From positions 63,648 through 127,647 of the forward strand of contig JBBQSO010000003.1 in the NCBI GenBank assembly GCA_038213805.1: a stretch of 64,000 bases of DNA, in the 5' to 3' direction. Source of the stretch: Planctomycetota bacterium (GTDB taxonomy: Bacteria > Planctomycetota > UBA11346). The first letter of the stretch is position 1. Every line of letters begins with the position of its first letter. Below are positions 1-10,153 of the stretch, one piece after another. Under the pieces are notes generated by a model. The model made no database searches. It saw nothing but the letters and a program-made list of their open reading frames with translations, and was not told the origin of the DNA. The position numbers and the translations under genes are program-made.

Positions 1-575
1 ACGCCACCACCCGCGCCGGCCACGTCAGCCTGCGCCAGATCAGCACCGCTGCGCGCAACCTCGCGGCCGCGCGCGATGCCGCGCTGGACCGCCTCGACCT
101 CAATCTGACCTTCGGCAAGAACGGCACCGACCCGAACGCGCGCACCAGCGTCAGCAAGCTCAGCGATCCCCAGACCTACCACTGGACCGCCGGCCTGGTC
201 TACGAGCACCGCTTCGGCGCCGACAGCGAGCGTCTCGAGCTGGAGCGGGTCCGTCTGGCGCTCGAGCAGGCCAAGTACCGTGGCGTGACGGATCAACGCG
301 CCTGGGAGACCCAGCGCGTGACGCTGCGCCAGAACCTCGAGGACGCGCGCGCGCGCGTCGGCGAGCAGCAGCGCATCCTCGACGCCTACCGCGAGGAGGT
401 GCGCTTGGTCAGGGCCCAGGCCGATGCCGGCACCATTCCCGCCCTCGACCTGGTCACGGTGCGCCAGGGCGCGCTCGGCGCCGAGCTGGCGGTGATCCAG
501 GCGCGCCTCGACGTGCTGCGCGCCGACCTCCGTCTGCGCGCCCAGGAAGACCGCCTCTTGGAACTGCTGCCATGA
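1..575 (+). CDS. TolC-family outer membrane efflux protein, 5'-truncated by window edge
   Basis: The frame of ORF 285..575 is open back to base 3. C-terminal helices resemble OEP proteins (...AGTIPALDLVTVRQ...LAVIQARLD). Stop overlaps the adaptor start (ATGA 572-575). Confidence 0.8.
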   Translation, partial: ATTRAGHVSLRQISTAARNLAAARDAALDRLDLNLTFGKNGTDPNARTSVSKLSDPQTYHWTAGLVYEHRFGADSERLELERVRLALEQAKYRGVTDQRAWETQRVTLRQNLEDARARVGEQQRILDAYREEVRLVRAQADAGTIPALDLVTVRQGALGAELAVIQARLDVLRADLRLRAQEDRLLELLP

Positions 576-1789
576 CATGCCCGCGCCTGACCGCTCTGCT
601 CGCCGCCCCGGCCTGCGCCCTGCTCCTCGGCCTGAGCGGCTGCGGTGGCGGCGATGCGCCCGCCGGCACGACCACGCCCGGTGCCCCCGGCAAGCCCGCC
701 GCCGCGACGGCCGGCACCGCCTTGCCGATCAAGATCCTCACCGCGAGCGGCGGCATCGTCACTGAGACCCTCGCCGCGCAGGGCCGCCTTGAGGTGTGGC
801 GGCATGAAATCCTCGCCGCGCGCGCCGCGGGCGTGATCAGCGAGCTGCCAGTGCTGATCAACCAGGTGGTGAAGCAGGGCGATATGCTGATGCAGCTGAA
901 GGCCCCCACCGAGGACCTTGAGGGCGCCGCGCGCGCCGCGGTCAAGCTCGAGCGCGCCAAGCGCGACCTGGCGCGGCGCGAGGCCCTGGCCAAGGCCGCG
1001 CCGGAGACGGTCTCGGCCGCCGACCTCGACGCGGTGCGCGATCTGGTCAACGACAGCGAATTGGAGCTGCGGCTCTACCACCAGCGCGAGGAGAATCGCC
1101 GGTTGATCGCGCCCTTCGCGGGCGTGGTGATCAACCTCACCGGCGTCGTCGGCCAGCAGGTCGCCGAGGGTCTGATGGTCGGAGAGCTGCTCGACACCAG
1201 CCGCTTCCGCCTCGCCCTCGACCTGCCCGAGCCCAGCCTGCGCCGCCTGAGCGATGGTCAGGACGTCGACCTCAGCGCGCTCGCCGACGCGTCGAACGCG
1301 CGCGGGCGGATCCGCACCCTGCCCGGAGCCATCGATCCGGCCAAGGGCACCGGCCGTGTGCTGGTCGATGTCACCACCCCACCTGCGTCGTGGCGCCCGG
1401 GCGGCTTCGTCACCGCCCGCCTGGTGCTGGGCGAAACCAAAGCCGACCTGGTGCTGCCGCGCGACGCGGTCCTGTACCGCGAAAACCGCCCGTACGTGTG
1501 GATCGCCGAGACCCACGAGGACAAGCTGGTCTCGCGTCGCGCCTACCTTGAGCTGGGCGTCGGCGACCCCACCCGGCTGATCGTGACGCGCGGCGTCAAC
1601 CCCGGCGAGCAGGTCGTCATCGAGGGCATGAACGGCCTGAGCGACGGCGTGCCGGTGGCGATCCGCACGGACGATCCGCCCGCCGAGAAGGCGCTCGATG
1701 CCGCGGCCAACGACGCAAAGCCCGCTGCCGAGGCCGGCAAAAAAGACGAGAAGAAGGACCCCAAGCCCGAGGCCAAGAGCGGTGGGTGA
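572..1789 (+). CDS. RND efflux periplasmic adaptor (MFP) lipoprotein
   Basis: Lipobox LSG-C; lipoyl-like halves (GVISEL..VKQGDML, APFAGVV..VGQQV); coiled hairpin; WRPGGFV and GVNPGEQVVIEG motifs; lies between TolC and RND genes. Confidence 0.92.
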   Translation: MTCPRLTALLAAPACALLLGLSGCGGGDAPAGTTTPGAPGKPAAATAGTALPIKILTASGGIVTETLAAQGRLEVWRHEILAARAAGVISELPVLINQVVKQGDMLMQLKAPTEDLEGAARAAVKLERAKRDLARREALAKAAPETVSAADLDAVRDLVNDSELELRLYHQREENRRLIAPFAGVVINLTGVVGQQVAEGLMVGELLDTSRFRLALDLPEPSLRRLSDGQDVDLSALADASNARGRIRTLPGAIDPAKGTGRVLVDVTTPPASWRPGGFVTARLVLGETKADLVLPRDAVLYRENRPYVWIAETHEDKLVSRRAYLELGVGDPTRLIVTRGVNPGEQVVIEGMNGLSDGVPVAIRTDDPPAEKALDAAANDAKPAAEAGKKDEKKDPKPEAKSGG

Positions 1790-1823
1790 GCGCGCCCTGA
1801 ACCCTGTGGTGCTCCTGGCCGTC

Positions 1824-1858
1824 GACTTCCGGACCCCCGGACTTCCGGACTTCCGGAC
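1824..1858. repeat. Tandem octamer array (ACTTCCGG)x4, one degenerate unit
   Basis: Read directly: g-acttccgg-acccccgg-acttccgg-acttccgg-ac in the MFP-RND spacer. Confidence 0.9.
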
Positions 1859-1876
1859 GCGGCGCGGAGCGCCGCA

Positions 1877-4800
1877 GTGCTAACCCAGATCATCCGCCGC
1901 CCGATCGGCGCCTGTTTCGTCGCGCTGTCGCTGGCCCTGCTCGGGGTGATGGCGCTGCGCCAGCTGCCCGTCGCCCTGCTGCCGCCGGTCGAGCTGCCGG
2001 TTCTGACGGTGCGCTGCGACAAGCCCGACAGCTCGGCGATCGAGCTCGAGGAGCAGCTGCTGCGCCCGCTTGAGGAGGCGCTCAGCACGGTGCCCGCCCT
2101 CACCCGCTTGGAAGGCCGCGCCGCGCCCGGGGCGGTTGAGGTGCGCCTGACCCTGCGCGCCGACGCCGACCTCGACGGCATCTCCAGCCGCCTGCGCGAG
2201 CGCCTTTCCGGCCTGCCCCTGCCGACCGGTGCCGAGCCGCCGCGCGTGCTGCGCTACGATCCCAGCGCCGAGCCGCTGCTGCGCCTGGTGCTGGAGCCGC
2301 TGCCCGGCGGACCAAGCGCCGCCACCCTGGCGACGGTCGCGCGCGACGAGCTGGTGCCGCAGATCGAGGGCCTCTCCGAGGTCGCCGCGGTGCGCCTGCG
2401 CGGCGGCCGCGAGAGCGAGGTCAGCGTGATCCCGGATCCCGCGCGCCTGGTCGCGGCCGGCATCAGCGCCGACCAGCTCGAGACCGCGGTGCGCGGCGCG
2501 GTCACCAGCCGCGCGGTCGGCATCGTCTACGATCCCGAGGGCCAGCGCCGGGTGCGCGTGCGCGGCTCGATCGTACGCCCCGACGACCTGCCCAAGGCGC
2601 TGGTCGCGCCCGGCATCACGCTCGGCGACGTCGCGACCGTCGAACAGCGACTCGCGGAACCCGAAGAGCTGGCGGTGGCGCTGCCGCCCGCGGCGGAGTC
2701 GCCCGGAACCGCGACCTCTGCGCGCGCCGCCGGCAAGGCGACGGTCGGCGACGGCGACGCGCTGCTGGTCGAGATCATGGCCCAGGCCGACGCCGGGCTG
2801 GTCGCGGCCTCGGAGGTGGTACGCCAGCGTCTGGCGCTGATCGCCAAGCCCGAGATCGGCGACGGCAGCGGACTGTCACGCTGGAGCTACGAGGGCGGCC
2901 GGCTGACCCTGCTGACCGATCGGGCCGAGGCCGTGCGCACCGCCATCGGCGAGGTCAAGCACGCCACCGTCGAGGGCGCGATCCTCGCCTGGCTGGTGCT
3001 GCTGGTGTTCCTGCGCGCGCTGCGCCCATCGCTGATCGTGTTCCTCGCCATCCCGCTGTCGGTGGTGGGCACGTTCCTGCTCATGTCGTTGTTCGGGGTC
3101 GGGCTCAACCTGATGAGCCTGGGTGGGCTGGCGCTGGGCGTGGGCATGCTGGTCGACACCGCCATCGTGGTGCTGGAGGCGGCCGAGCGCGTCGGTGGCG
3201 CGCATCAGGACGGCGAGCCGCGCAAACGCGCCATCGCCATTGGCGTCGGCGAAGTCGCCGGCGCGGTGGTGGCGTCGTGCCTGACCAGCGTCGCGGTGTT
3301 CGTGCCGCTCGCCTTCCTGCCCGGCGTGCTCGGCCGGCTGTTCTATGATCAGGCGTTCACGGTCTCGGCCAGCCACGTGGTGAGCCTGGCGGTCGGCCTG
3401 GCGCTGGTGCCGACGCTGCTCGCCCTGCCGACGCTGCGCCGGCGCCGCGAGGCGCTGCCGTGGAGCTGGCCGCCGGTCGCGCGCAACATCTGGCTGCCAG
3501 CCACCGCGCTGCGCTGGCTGCTGGTCAACCTGGCGCGGGTGCTGCTGCTCGTGCTGCTCGCCCTGGGCTGGCTGGTCGGCGTGCCGCTGCGCCTAGTCGC
3601 GCGCGTGCTCGACCGCAGCTGCCTCGCGGCGCTCGCCCTGGTCGAGCGCATCTACGGCCGCGCGCTCGACGTGGTGCTGGCGCGTCCGGCGCTCGGCCTG
3701 GCCGGTTTTGCGGTGGCGCTGCTGCTTGGCGCGGCCTTCATCCCGCGCCTGCCGGTGCGCCTGATGCCGCCGAGCCTGTCGACGCGCTTCACCCTCGACG
3801 TCGAGCTGCCGCGCGGGCGCAGCGTGATCGACAGCGCGACCTGGGCGCGCGGCTACATGCGCGACCTGCGCGCGCACTGGGGCGATCTCGAGGCGGTGGC
3901 CGTGGCCGGCGAGGACCCGCGCTATGCGCCCGGGCTGACGCGCCGCCAGGACCACGAGCTGGCGCTGGTGCTGACGCGCGCGCACCGCGCGGCCGACCTT
4001 GAAGGCGAACGCGCCTTCCTCATCGGCCTCGAGCGTTTGGCTTTGGAACACGGCGCAGTCGCCGCCGCGGCGACCACGCCGCCGCTGGTCGACCTGGGCA
4101 TGGGCTCGGCGAACGCGCTCGACATCGCCATCCGCGGCGACGACCCCGAGACCCTGCGCACCCAGGCGCTTGACTACGCGGCGCGCCTGCGCGTCCTGGG
4201 CTGCCGCGGCGTCTCGACCTCGGCGACCTCGTCAAGCGATGAGGTGCTGGTGGTGCCCGACACCGCACGCATGCTCGACGCCGGACTGACCCTCGATCAG
4301 GTGCAGAAGACCATCGCCGCCGCCGCCGACATCCACCAGATCACCGACTTCATCCCGCGCTTCAACGCCCGTCAGGCGACCACGCGCACCCTGCCGATCC
4401 GCATCCGCGGTCCGCTGCGCGAGCACCAGACCAGCCTGCTCGACGAGCTCAACCTCGGCACCGCCGCCAAGCCGGTGCCGCTGTCGCGCATCGCCACCAT
4501 CACGCGCGCGCCCGGCGATGGCCTGATCGTACGCCACAACGGCAGCCGCGTCGCCACCCTGGTCGCGGCCGCGCTGCCCCCCGGTTCGGAGGTGCGCGCG
4601 GTGCTCGCCGGCCTGCAGCGCGCAGCACCGCTGCCGAGCGGCTACGACCTGGTCGGGCGCAGCGTCGAGAACAATGCCAACGACGGCGCCTTGGCCATGG
4701 TCGGTATGCTCGCGCTGTCGGTGTTCCTGGTCATCGTGGTCATGGCGGTGCAGTTCGAAAGCCTCAGCCAGCCGCTGCTGGTGATCCTCGCCGTGCCGAT

Positions 4801-5239
4801 GGCCGCGGCCGGGGCCTTTCCGGCGCTGTGGTTGTGCGGCCACGGTTTCGACGTGATGAGCGGCATCGGCCTGGTGGTGCTGGTCGGTGTCGCGGTGTCG
4901 AACGCCATCGTGCTGGTCTCGACCGCCAATCTGCGCCGCGCCCAGGGTCTGGCGCCCCTCGCCGCCATCGCCGTCGCCGGCCGCGAGCGCCTGCGCCCGA
5001 TCCTGATGACCACTGCGACCTCGGTGCTCGGCCTCGCGCCCCTCGCCGTCGGTTGGGGCGAGGCCGCCGAACTGCGCGCCCCGCTCGCCGTTGCGGTGAT
5101 GGGCGGCCTGCTCAGCTCGACCGTGCTGACCCTGCTGTCGCTGCCCGCGGTGCTGCTGCTGACCGCTGGCAGAGGTCCACGCCCCGCCGACCTGGAGCCC
5201 ACGCCTGAGCCTGTGGCAGCCGCTCAGACCGCAGGATGA
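1877..5239 (+). CDS. RND efflux permease (AcrB/AcrD/AcrF family)
   Basis: 1120 aa with IIRRPI, LPVALLP, LNLMSLGGLALGVGMLVD, QFESLSQP and RLRPILMT motifs. GTG start after GGAG. Confidence 0.95.
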   Translation: MLTQIIRRPIGACFVALSLALLGVMALRQLPVALLPPVELPVLTVRCDKPDSSAIELEEQLLRPLEEALSTVPALTRLEGRAAPGAVEVRLTLRADADLDGISSRLRERLSGLPLPTGAEPPRVLRYDPSAEPLLRLVLEPLPGGPSAATLATVARDELVPQIEGLSEVAAVRLRGGRESEVSVIPDPARLVAAGISADQLETAVRGAVTSRAVGIVYDPEGQRRVRVRGSIVRPDDLPKALVAPGITLGDVATVEQRLAEPEELAVALPPAAESPGTATSARAAGKATVGDGDALLVEIMAQADAGLVAASEVVRQRLALIAKPEIGDGSGLSRWSYEGGRLTLLTDRAEAVRTAIGEVKHATVEGAILAWLVLLVFLRALRPSLIVFLAIPLSVVGTFLLMSLFGVGLNLMSLGGLALGVGMLVDTAIVVLEAAERVGGAHQDGEPRKRAIAIGVGEVAGAVVASCLTSVAVFVPLAFLPGVLGRLFYDQAFTVSASHVVSLAVGLALVPTLLALPTLRRRREALPWSWPPVARNIWLPATALRWLLVNLARVLLLVLLALGWLVGVPLRLVARVLDRSCLAALALVERIYGRALDVVLARPALGLAGFAVALLLGAAFIPRLPVRLMPPSLSTRFTLDVELPRGRSVIDSATWARGYMRDLRAHWGDLEAVAVAGEDPRYAPGLTRRQDHELALVLTRAHRAADLEGERAFLIGLERLALEHGAVAAAATTPPLVDLGMGSANALDIAIRGDDPETLRTQALDYAARLRVLGCRGVSTSATSSSDEVLVVPDTARMLDAGLTLDQVQKTIAAAADIHQITDFIPRFNARQATTRTLPIRIRGPLREHQTSLLDELNLGTAAKPVPLSRIATITRAPGDGLIVRHNGSRVATLVAAALPPGSEVRAVLAGLQRAAPLPSGYDLVGRSVENNANDGALAMVGMLALSVFLVIVVMAVQFESLSQPLLVILAVPMAAAGAFPALWLCGHGFDVMSGIGLVVLVGVAVSNAIVLVSTANLRRAQGLAPLAAIAVAGRERLRPILMTTATSVLGLAPLAVGWGEAAELRAPLAVAVMGGLLSSTVLTLLSLPAVLLLTAGRGPRPADLEPTPEPVAAAQTAG

Positions 5240-5261
5240 AAGAGCGCCCCTGGGCACTCCC

Positions 5262-6194
5262 ATGCCGCCGCCGTACACCCACCAGCACGTTCGCGACCTC
5301 GCCTGGCTGATCGGCAGCCCGCCGCTGATGGGCGCCGGCACGCCAGGCATGGACGTGCCGCCCGCCGCTTGGCTGGCAAAGCTCGCGACGGAGGCGCAGC
5401 CGTGGCTGGACGAGATCGACCGGCGGCCGGAAGAGCTCGACGGCTGGCTGGCGCGCCACCGCCACCAGCGCCTCGGCCACCACGCCGAGGCGCTGATGGA
5501 GTTCTGGCTGCGCCGCCAGCCCGGCATCCGCTTCCATCAGGCGCACCTCACCATCACCGAAAGCGGCCGCACGCTCGGCGACCTCGACCTGCTGTTCACC
5601 GCGGAACGCCGCAACGCACGGCTGCACTGGGAACTGGCGGTGAAGTTCTACCTGGGCACCGCGCCAGGCGGGGAGTGGGCGACCTGGATCGGTCCCGATC
5701 CACGCGATACGCTCGCCGCGAAATTGACCAAGGTCATCAAGCACCAGCTGCCGCTCGGACGGCATCCCATGGCCAACCACGGCGCCACCCAGGCGACCGT
5801 CTCCGAGGCCTTCCTCAAGGGCTGGCTGTTCTCACCACTGGACGCGGCCGGTCAGCGCCGGGCGATCGATCCGCCACTCGGCGCCCATCCGGATCACGGC
5901 CGCGGTTGGTGGCGGCGTTACGGCGAGGGGCCGCTGCCCCGCGCCAGCCGTGCCGCGCGCTTCATCGTCCTGCCGCGCCTAGCCTGGCTGTCGCCGGCAC
6001 GCCAGCCGCGCCGCGGCGGACTGCCAGCCATGGCGCCGGGCGAGCTCGACGTCTTGCTGTCCGGGCATTTTTCCCGGCATATCGATGCGCTACTGATCGC
6101 CGAGGTGCAGCCCGACCGAGCCGGCTGGTGGGCCGAGACCGCGCGCGGCTTCGTGGTGGCGCCGGCCTGGCCGGACACCCGTGGCGCGGGCTGA
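5262..6194 (+). CDS. DUF1853 family protein
   Basis: VRDLAWL, RLG..AE, RTLGDLDLL and HWELAVKFYL motifs. Confidence 0.85.
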   Translation: MPPPYTHQHVRDLAWLIGSPPLMGAGTPGMDVPPAAWLAKLATEAQPWLDEIDRRPEELDGWLARHRHQRLGHHAEALMEFWLRRQPGIRFHQAHLTITESGRTLGDLDLLFTAERRNARLHWELAVKFYLGTAPGGEWATWIGPDPRDTLAAKLTKVIKHQLPLGRHPMANHGATQATVSEAFLKGWLFSPLDAAGQRRAIDPPLGAHPDHGRGWWRRYGEGPLPRASRAARFIVLPRLAWLSPARQPRRGGLPAMAPGELDVLLSGHFSRHIDALLIAEVQPDRAGWWAETARGFVVAPAWPDTRGAG

Positions 6195-6321
6195 GCGGAC
6201 GGCCGCACGCCCGTCCGACCCGCCCCGGCCGCGCCCTGGTGCCCGGGCGCGGCCCCCCTAGCATGCCGAACCACGTGCGGCCGGCCGCGGACAGCCTGGC
6301 GCGCGGAGGCGGAGGCAGCGG

Positions 6322-7287
6322 ATGATCATCGTCACAGGCGGAGCCGGTTTCATCGGCAGCAATCTGGTACGCGGGCTGAATCGCCGCGGTACCACCGATA
6401 TCCTGGTGGTCGACAACCTCACGCGCGGCGACAAGCACCGCACGCTGAATGCGCTCGAGTTCGCCGACTACCTCGACAAGCGCGATTTCCTGCCGCGCAT
6501 CGCCGATCTGATCGCACCCGGGGTCGATGGCGTGTTCCATCTCGGCGCCTGCTCCGACACCATGGAGTCGGACGGCCGCTACCTGATGGACAACAACTTC
6601 GCCTACAGCAAGGCGCTGTTGCACCGCTGCCAGGAGGCGGGAGTGCCGTTCATCTACGCGTCGTCGGCATCGGTCTACGGCGACGGCGCCCGCGGCTTCG
6701 TCGAGGAGCGGCGCTGCGAGTACCCGATCAACGCGTACGCCTACTCCAAATTCGTCTTCGATCAGTACGTGCGCCGCCTCGGGCCGACGCGCACGCCAAT
6801 CACCGGCCTGCGCTACTTCAACGTCTACGGACCGCAGGAGAACCATAAGGGCCGCATGGCCACGGTGGTCTACCAGTTCCACCGCCAGCTCAGCGCCGGC
6901 GGTCGCCTCGAGCTGTTCGAGGGTAGCGACGGGTTCCGCCGCGACTTCATCCACGTCGACGACGTGGTCGGCGTCAACCTGCACTTCCTCGAGCGCCCGG
7001 CGAGCGGCATCTTCAACTGCGGCACCGGTCGCGCCGAGAGCTTCCGCGCCATCGCCGAACTGATGGCGCCGCTGTACCCGAGCGCCGAGATCGGCACCAA
7101 GCCCTTTCCCGAAGCGCTCAAGGGCAAGTACCAAGCCTACACCTGCGCCGACCTTACGCGCCTGCGCGCCGCAGGCTTCGTCGGAGACTTCACCAGCCTC
7201 GCCGACGGCGTGCGCTCCTACGTGGCGCTGCTCAAGGACAATGACGGCCATTACCGCACCGCGGCCGCGGCTGGAAGCGCCCCGTGA
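6322..7287 (+). CDS. hldD: ADP-L-glycero-D-manno-heptose 6-epimerase
   Basis: MIIVTGGAGFIGSN, HLGACSDT, YASSAS, YAYSK, LRYFNVYGPQE.HKGRMA, KGKYQ.YTCAD. Confidence 0.96.
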   Translation: MIIVTGGAGFIGSNLVRGLNRRGTTDILVVDNLTRGDKHRTLNALEFADYLDKRDFLPRIADLIAPGVDGVFHLGACSDTMESDGRYLMDNNFAYSKALLHRCQEAGVPFIYASSASVYGDGARGFVEERRCEYPINAYAYSKFVFDQYVRRLGPTRTPITGLRYFNVYGPQENHKGRMATVVYQFHRQLSAGGRLELFEGSDGFRRDFIHVDDVVGVNLHFLERPASGIFNCGTGRAESFRAIAELMAPLYPSAEIGTKPFPEALKGKYQAYTCADLTRLRAAGFVGDFTSLADGVRSYVALLKDNDGHYRTAAAAGSAP

Positions 7288-7844
7288 GGCACGCGGCCGG
7301 ACCGGTGGTGCTGCTCGACCGCGACGGCGTGCTCAACGTCGACCGCCCGACCGGAGTGCACGGCCTGGACGAGCTCGCGCTGGAGGCCGGTGCGGCGGAG
7401 GGCGTGGCGCTGCTCGCGCGCGCCGGATTCACCTGCCTGGTGATCACCAATCAGGCCCTGGTCGGACGCGGCGAACTCTCCCCAGCCGGCTTGGAAGCGA
7501 TCCACACCGAGCTGGCGCGGCGCATCGCCGCCGGCGGCGGGAGCATCGCCGGCTGGTACGCCTGCGCGCACCGCGCCGAGGACGGTTGCGCGTGTCGCAA
7601 GCCGCGGCCTGGCCTGCTTGAACGCGCCCAACGCGAATGGGGCTTCACCCCGGCGCAAACCTGGTTCGTCGGCGACGCCGAGCGCGACGTCGCCGCGGCG
7701 CGCGCCGCGGGCTGCCGCCCCGCCCTGGTCGCGACCGGCAAGGGCGCGGTGAGCGCGCGCGCCCTGACCGACGTGCCGCTGTTTCCTGACCTGCCCGCCT
7801 TCGCCCGTGCGCTCGCCAGCGCCGCCATGGAGACGCCCGAATGA
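7284..7844 (+). CDS. gmhB: D-glycero-D-manno-heptose 1,7-bisphosphate phosphatase (HAD IIIA)
   Basis: DRDGVLN, ITNQ, CAH..EDGCACRKP zinc motif, VGD...D; heptose operon context. Confidence 0.92.
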   Translation: MRHAAGPVVLLDRDGVLNVDRPTGVHGLDELALEAGAAEGVALLARAGFTCLVITNQALVGRGELSPAGLEAIHTELARRIAAGGGSIAGWYACAHRAEDGCACRKPRPGLLERAQREWGFTPAQTWFVGDAERDVAAARAAGCRPALVATGKGAVSARALTDVPLFPDLPAFARALASAAMETPE

Positions 7845-8464
7845 CCGCACCGACCTCCTCCATCGCAGCCGGCGAAGCGGCGGCGCTCGCCGGGATCGCC
7901 GCGATCCTGGACGACCACCGCGATACCATCGCGCGCCTCGCTGCGCTGGCGCCTGAGATCCTCGCCTTCGCCAGGCTCATCCATGGCTGCACCACGAGCG
8001 GCGGCACGGTGTGGTGGTTCGGCAACGGCGGCAGCGCGGCGGACGCGCAGCACCTCAGCGCCGAGCTCATCGGGCGCTTCGTGCGCGACCGCCGCGGACT
8101 GCGCTCGGTGGCGCTCAGTACCGACACCTCGCTGCTGACGGCGGTGGCCAATGACTACGGCTACGAACGCATCTTCGCGCGCCAGCTCGAAACCCTGGCG
8201 CGCCCGGGCGACGTGGCGGTGGCGATCTCGACCTCAGGGCGCAGCGCCAACATCGTCGCCGGCGCTGCCGCCGCGCACGCCGCGGGCGCCAGCGTGGTGA
8301 CCATGACCGGCGCGGGCGGTGGCGCCGTCGAGGCGTACGCCACGCTGCGCCTGCGCGCGCCATCGACCATCACCGCGCGCATCCAGGAATGCCACGGGCT
8401 GATCGGCCACACGGTATGCGAGCTGATCGACGCCTGGCACGAGGGAACTCCGCATGTTCAGTGA
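7841..8464 (+). CDS. gmhA: Sedoheptulose-7-phosphate isomerase
   Basis: GNGGSAADAQH, NDYGY, ISTSGRS, RIQECH. Confidence 0.95.
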   Translation: MTAPTSSIAAGEAAALAGIAAILDDHRDTIARLAALAPEILAFARLIHGCTTSGGTVWWFGNGGSAADAQHLSAELIGRFVRDRRGLRSVALSTDTSLLTAVANDYGYERIFARQLETLARPGDVAVAISTSGRSANIVAGAAAAHAAGASVVTMTGAGGGAVEAYATLRLRAPSTITARIQECHGLIGHTVCELIDAWHEGTPHVQ

Positions 8465-9992
8465 CCTGGCCGCGCTGCGAACCCTGGTCGCGGGCGGCTT
8501 CGCCGGCGCGCGCGTGCTGGTGGTCGGCGACCTGATGGTCGACTGCCACGTGCGCGGCGAGGTCGCGCGCATCTCACCCGAGGCGCCGGTGCCGGTGGTG
8601 CGGGTGACCGGCCGCAGCTGGACACCCGGCGGCGCGGCCAACGTCGCCGCCAACCTCGCCGACCTGGGCGTGGCGGTCGAGGTCGCCGGCTTCACCGGCG
8701 CCGACGAGGGACGCGCCCGCCTCCTTGAGCTGCTCGGCGCGCGCGGCATTGGCAGCGCCGCGCTGGTCGCCGCGGCCGGCCAGACCACCACGGTCAAGAC
8801 GCGCATCATCGGCGGCCACCAGCAGATGCTGCGCATCGACGACGAGCGCGCCGGCGCGCCCGCGGCTGGCGACCAGCAGGCCCTGCTCGCCGCCATCGAC
8901 GGCGCCTTCGCGCGCGCACCGGCGGCGGTGGTGATCTCGGACTACGCCAAGGGCGTGTGCGGTGCTGCGACCTGCAGCGCGGTCATCGCCGCCGCACGGG
9001 CGCGCGGCATCCCGGTGCTGGTCGATCCCAAGGGCGCCGACTTCGCCAAATACGCCGGCGCCACCACCATCACGCCCAACACCGGCGAACTGGCCGTCGC
9101 CACCGGCGTGCCGGCCGGCGACCACGAAGGCCTGGTCCGCGCCGGCCAGGCGCTGCGCGCGCGCCTCGGCATCCCCTTCCTTACCTTCACGCGCGGCGAA
9201 CACGGCATCAGCCTGGTCGAGCCCGACGCCGTCCACCACGTGCCGGCGGCGGCGCGCGAGGTCTTCGATGTCTCGGGCGCCGGCGACACCGTCATCGCCG
9301 TGCTCGCCGCCTGCATCGCTGCGCGCGGGACCGGCACCACGCCCACGGCGCTCGACGCGGTGCGCCTCGCCAACCTCGCGGCCGGCGTGGTGGTGGCGAA
9401 GGTCGGCACCGTGCCCATCCACCGCGACGAGCTGCTCGCGCTGCTCGCAACCGGGCCCGGCCTCGCCCACCTCGGCAAGGTGCTGGCGCGGACGGATGCG
9501 GCCGAGCGCTGTCGGCAGTGGCGCGCGGCCGGCGACAAGGTGGTCTTCACCAACGGCTGCTTCGACGTGCTCCACGCCGGGCACGTCAGCCTGCTCGAAC
9601 AGGCGCGCGCCGCCGGCGACCGTCTGGTGGTCGGGCTCAACAGCGACGCCTCGGTGCGCGGCCTCAAAGGCCCGGGCCGCCCAGTGAACAGCGGTGGCGA
9701 CCGCAGTCAGGTGCTGGCCGCGCTCGCCGCCGTCGACGCGGTGGTGGAGTTCGGCGAGGCCACCCCGCTGGAGCTGATCCTGGCGCTGCGCCCCGACGTC
9801 CTGGTCAAAGGCGCCGACTACCGCGTCGACCAGGTGGTGGGCGGCGCAGAGGTGCAGTCCTGGGGCGGACGCGTGGCGCTGATCGGGCTGGTGCCTGGGC
9901 GCAGCACGACGGCGACCATCGCCAGGCTCGCCGGCGGGGCCGGCGAGGGTCCGGAAGTCCGGAAGTCCGGAAGTCCGGAAGTCCCGCGCTGA
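8454..9992 (+). CDS. hldE: Bifunctional heptose-7-phosphate kinase / heptose-1-phosphate adenylyltransferase
   Basis: RISPEAPVPV, GGAANVA, SDYAKG and DVSGAGDTV (PfkB kinase domain); FTNGCFDVLHAGH and LVKGADY (nucleotidyltransferase domain). Confidence 0.96.
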   Translation: MFSDLAALRTLVAGGFAGARVLVVGDLMVDCHVRGEVARISPEAPVPVVRVTGRSWTPGGAANVAANLADLGVAVEVAGFTGADEGRARLLELLGARGIGSAALVAAAGQTTTVKTRIIGGHQQMLRIDDERAGAPAAGDQQALLAAIDGAFARAPAAVVISDYAKGVCGAATCSAVIAAARARGIPVLVDPKGADFAKYAGATTITPNTGELAVATGVPAGDHEGLVRAGQALRARLGIPFLTFTRGEHGISLVEPDAVHHVPAAAREVFDVSGAGDTVIAVLAACIAARGTGTTPTALDAVRLANLAAGVVVAKVGTVPIHRDELLALLATGPGLAHLGKVLARTDAAERCRQWRAAGDKVVFTNGCFDVLHAGHVSLLEQARAAGDRLVVGLNSDASVRGLKGPGRPVNSGGDRSQVLAALAAVDAVVEFGEATPLELILALRPDVLVKGADYRVDQVVGGAEVQSWGGRVALIGLVPGRSTTATIARLAGGAGEGPEVRKSGSPEVPR

Positions 9993-10153
9993 CGACGCTG
10001 GACCTGCGGGTCGCGGTCTGCGGTCTGCGGTCCGCGATGTAGGAACCGCGCATGACGTGGTTCGTCAACCTGCAACACCTGCCCCACTGCAGGACGTCGC
10101 GGCAAACACCTTCAGCGGGAGACTTCCGGACTTCCGGACTTCCGGACTTCCGG
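9951..10153. repeat. Perfect 33-bp inverted repeat of (CCGGAAGT)x4 arms at 9951-9983 and 10121-10153, with a (GCGGTCT)x3 heptamer array at 10013-10033 between them
   Basis: Read directly. Each arm lies inside the 3' end of one of the two convergent genes. Confidence 0.92.

Noticed and set aside
9951..10153. Octamer arrays as a CRISPR array
   Set aside because: Units are contiguous with no unique spacers, and there are no cas genes in the window.
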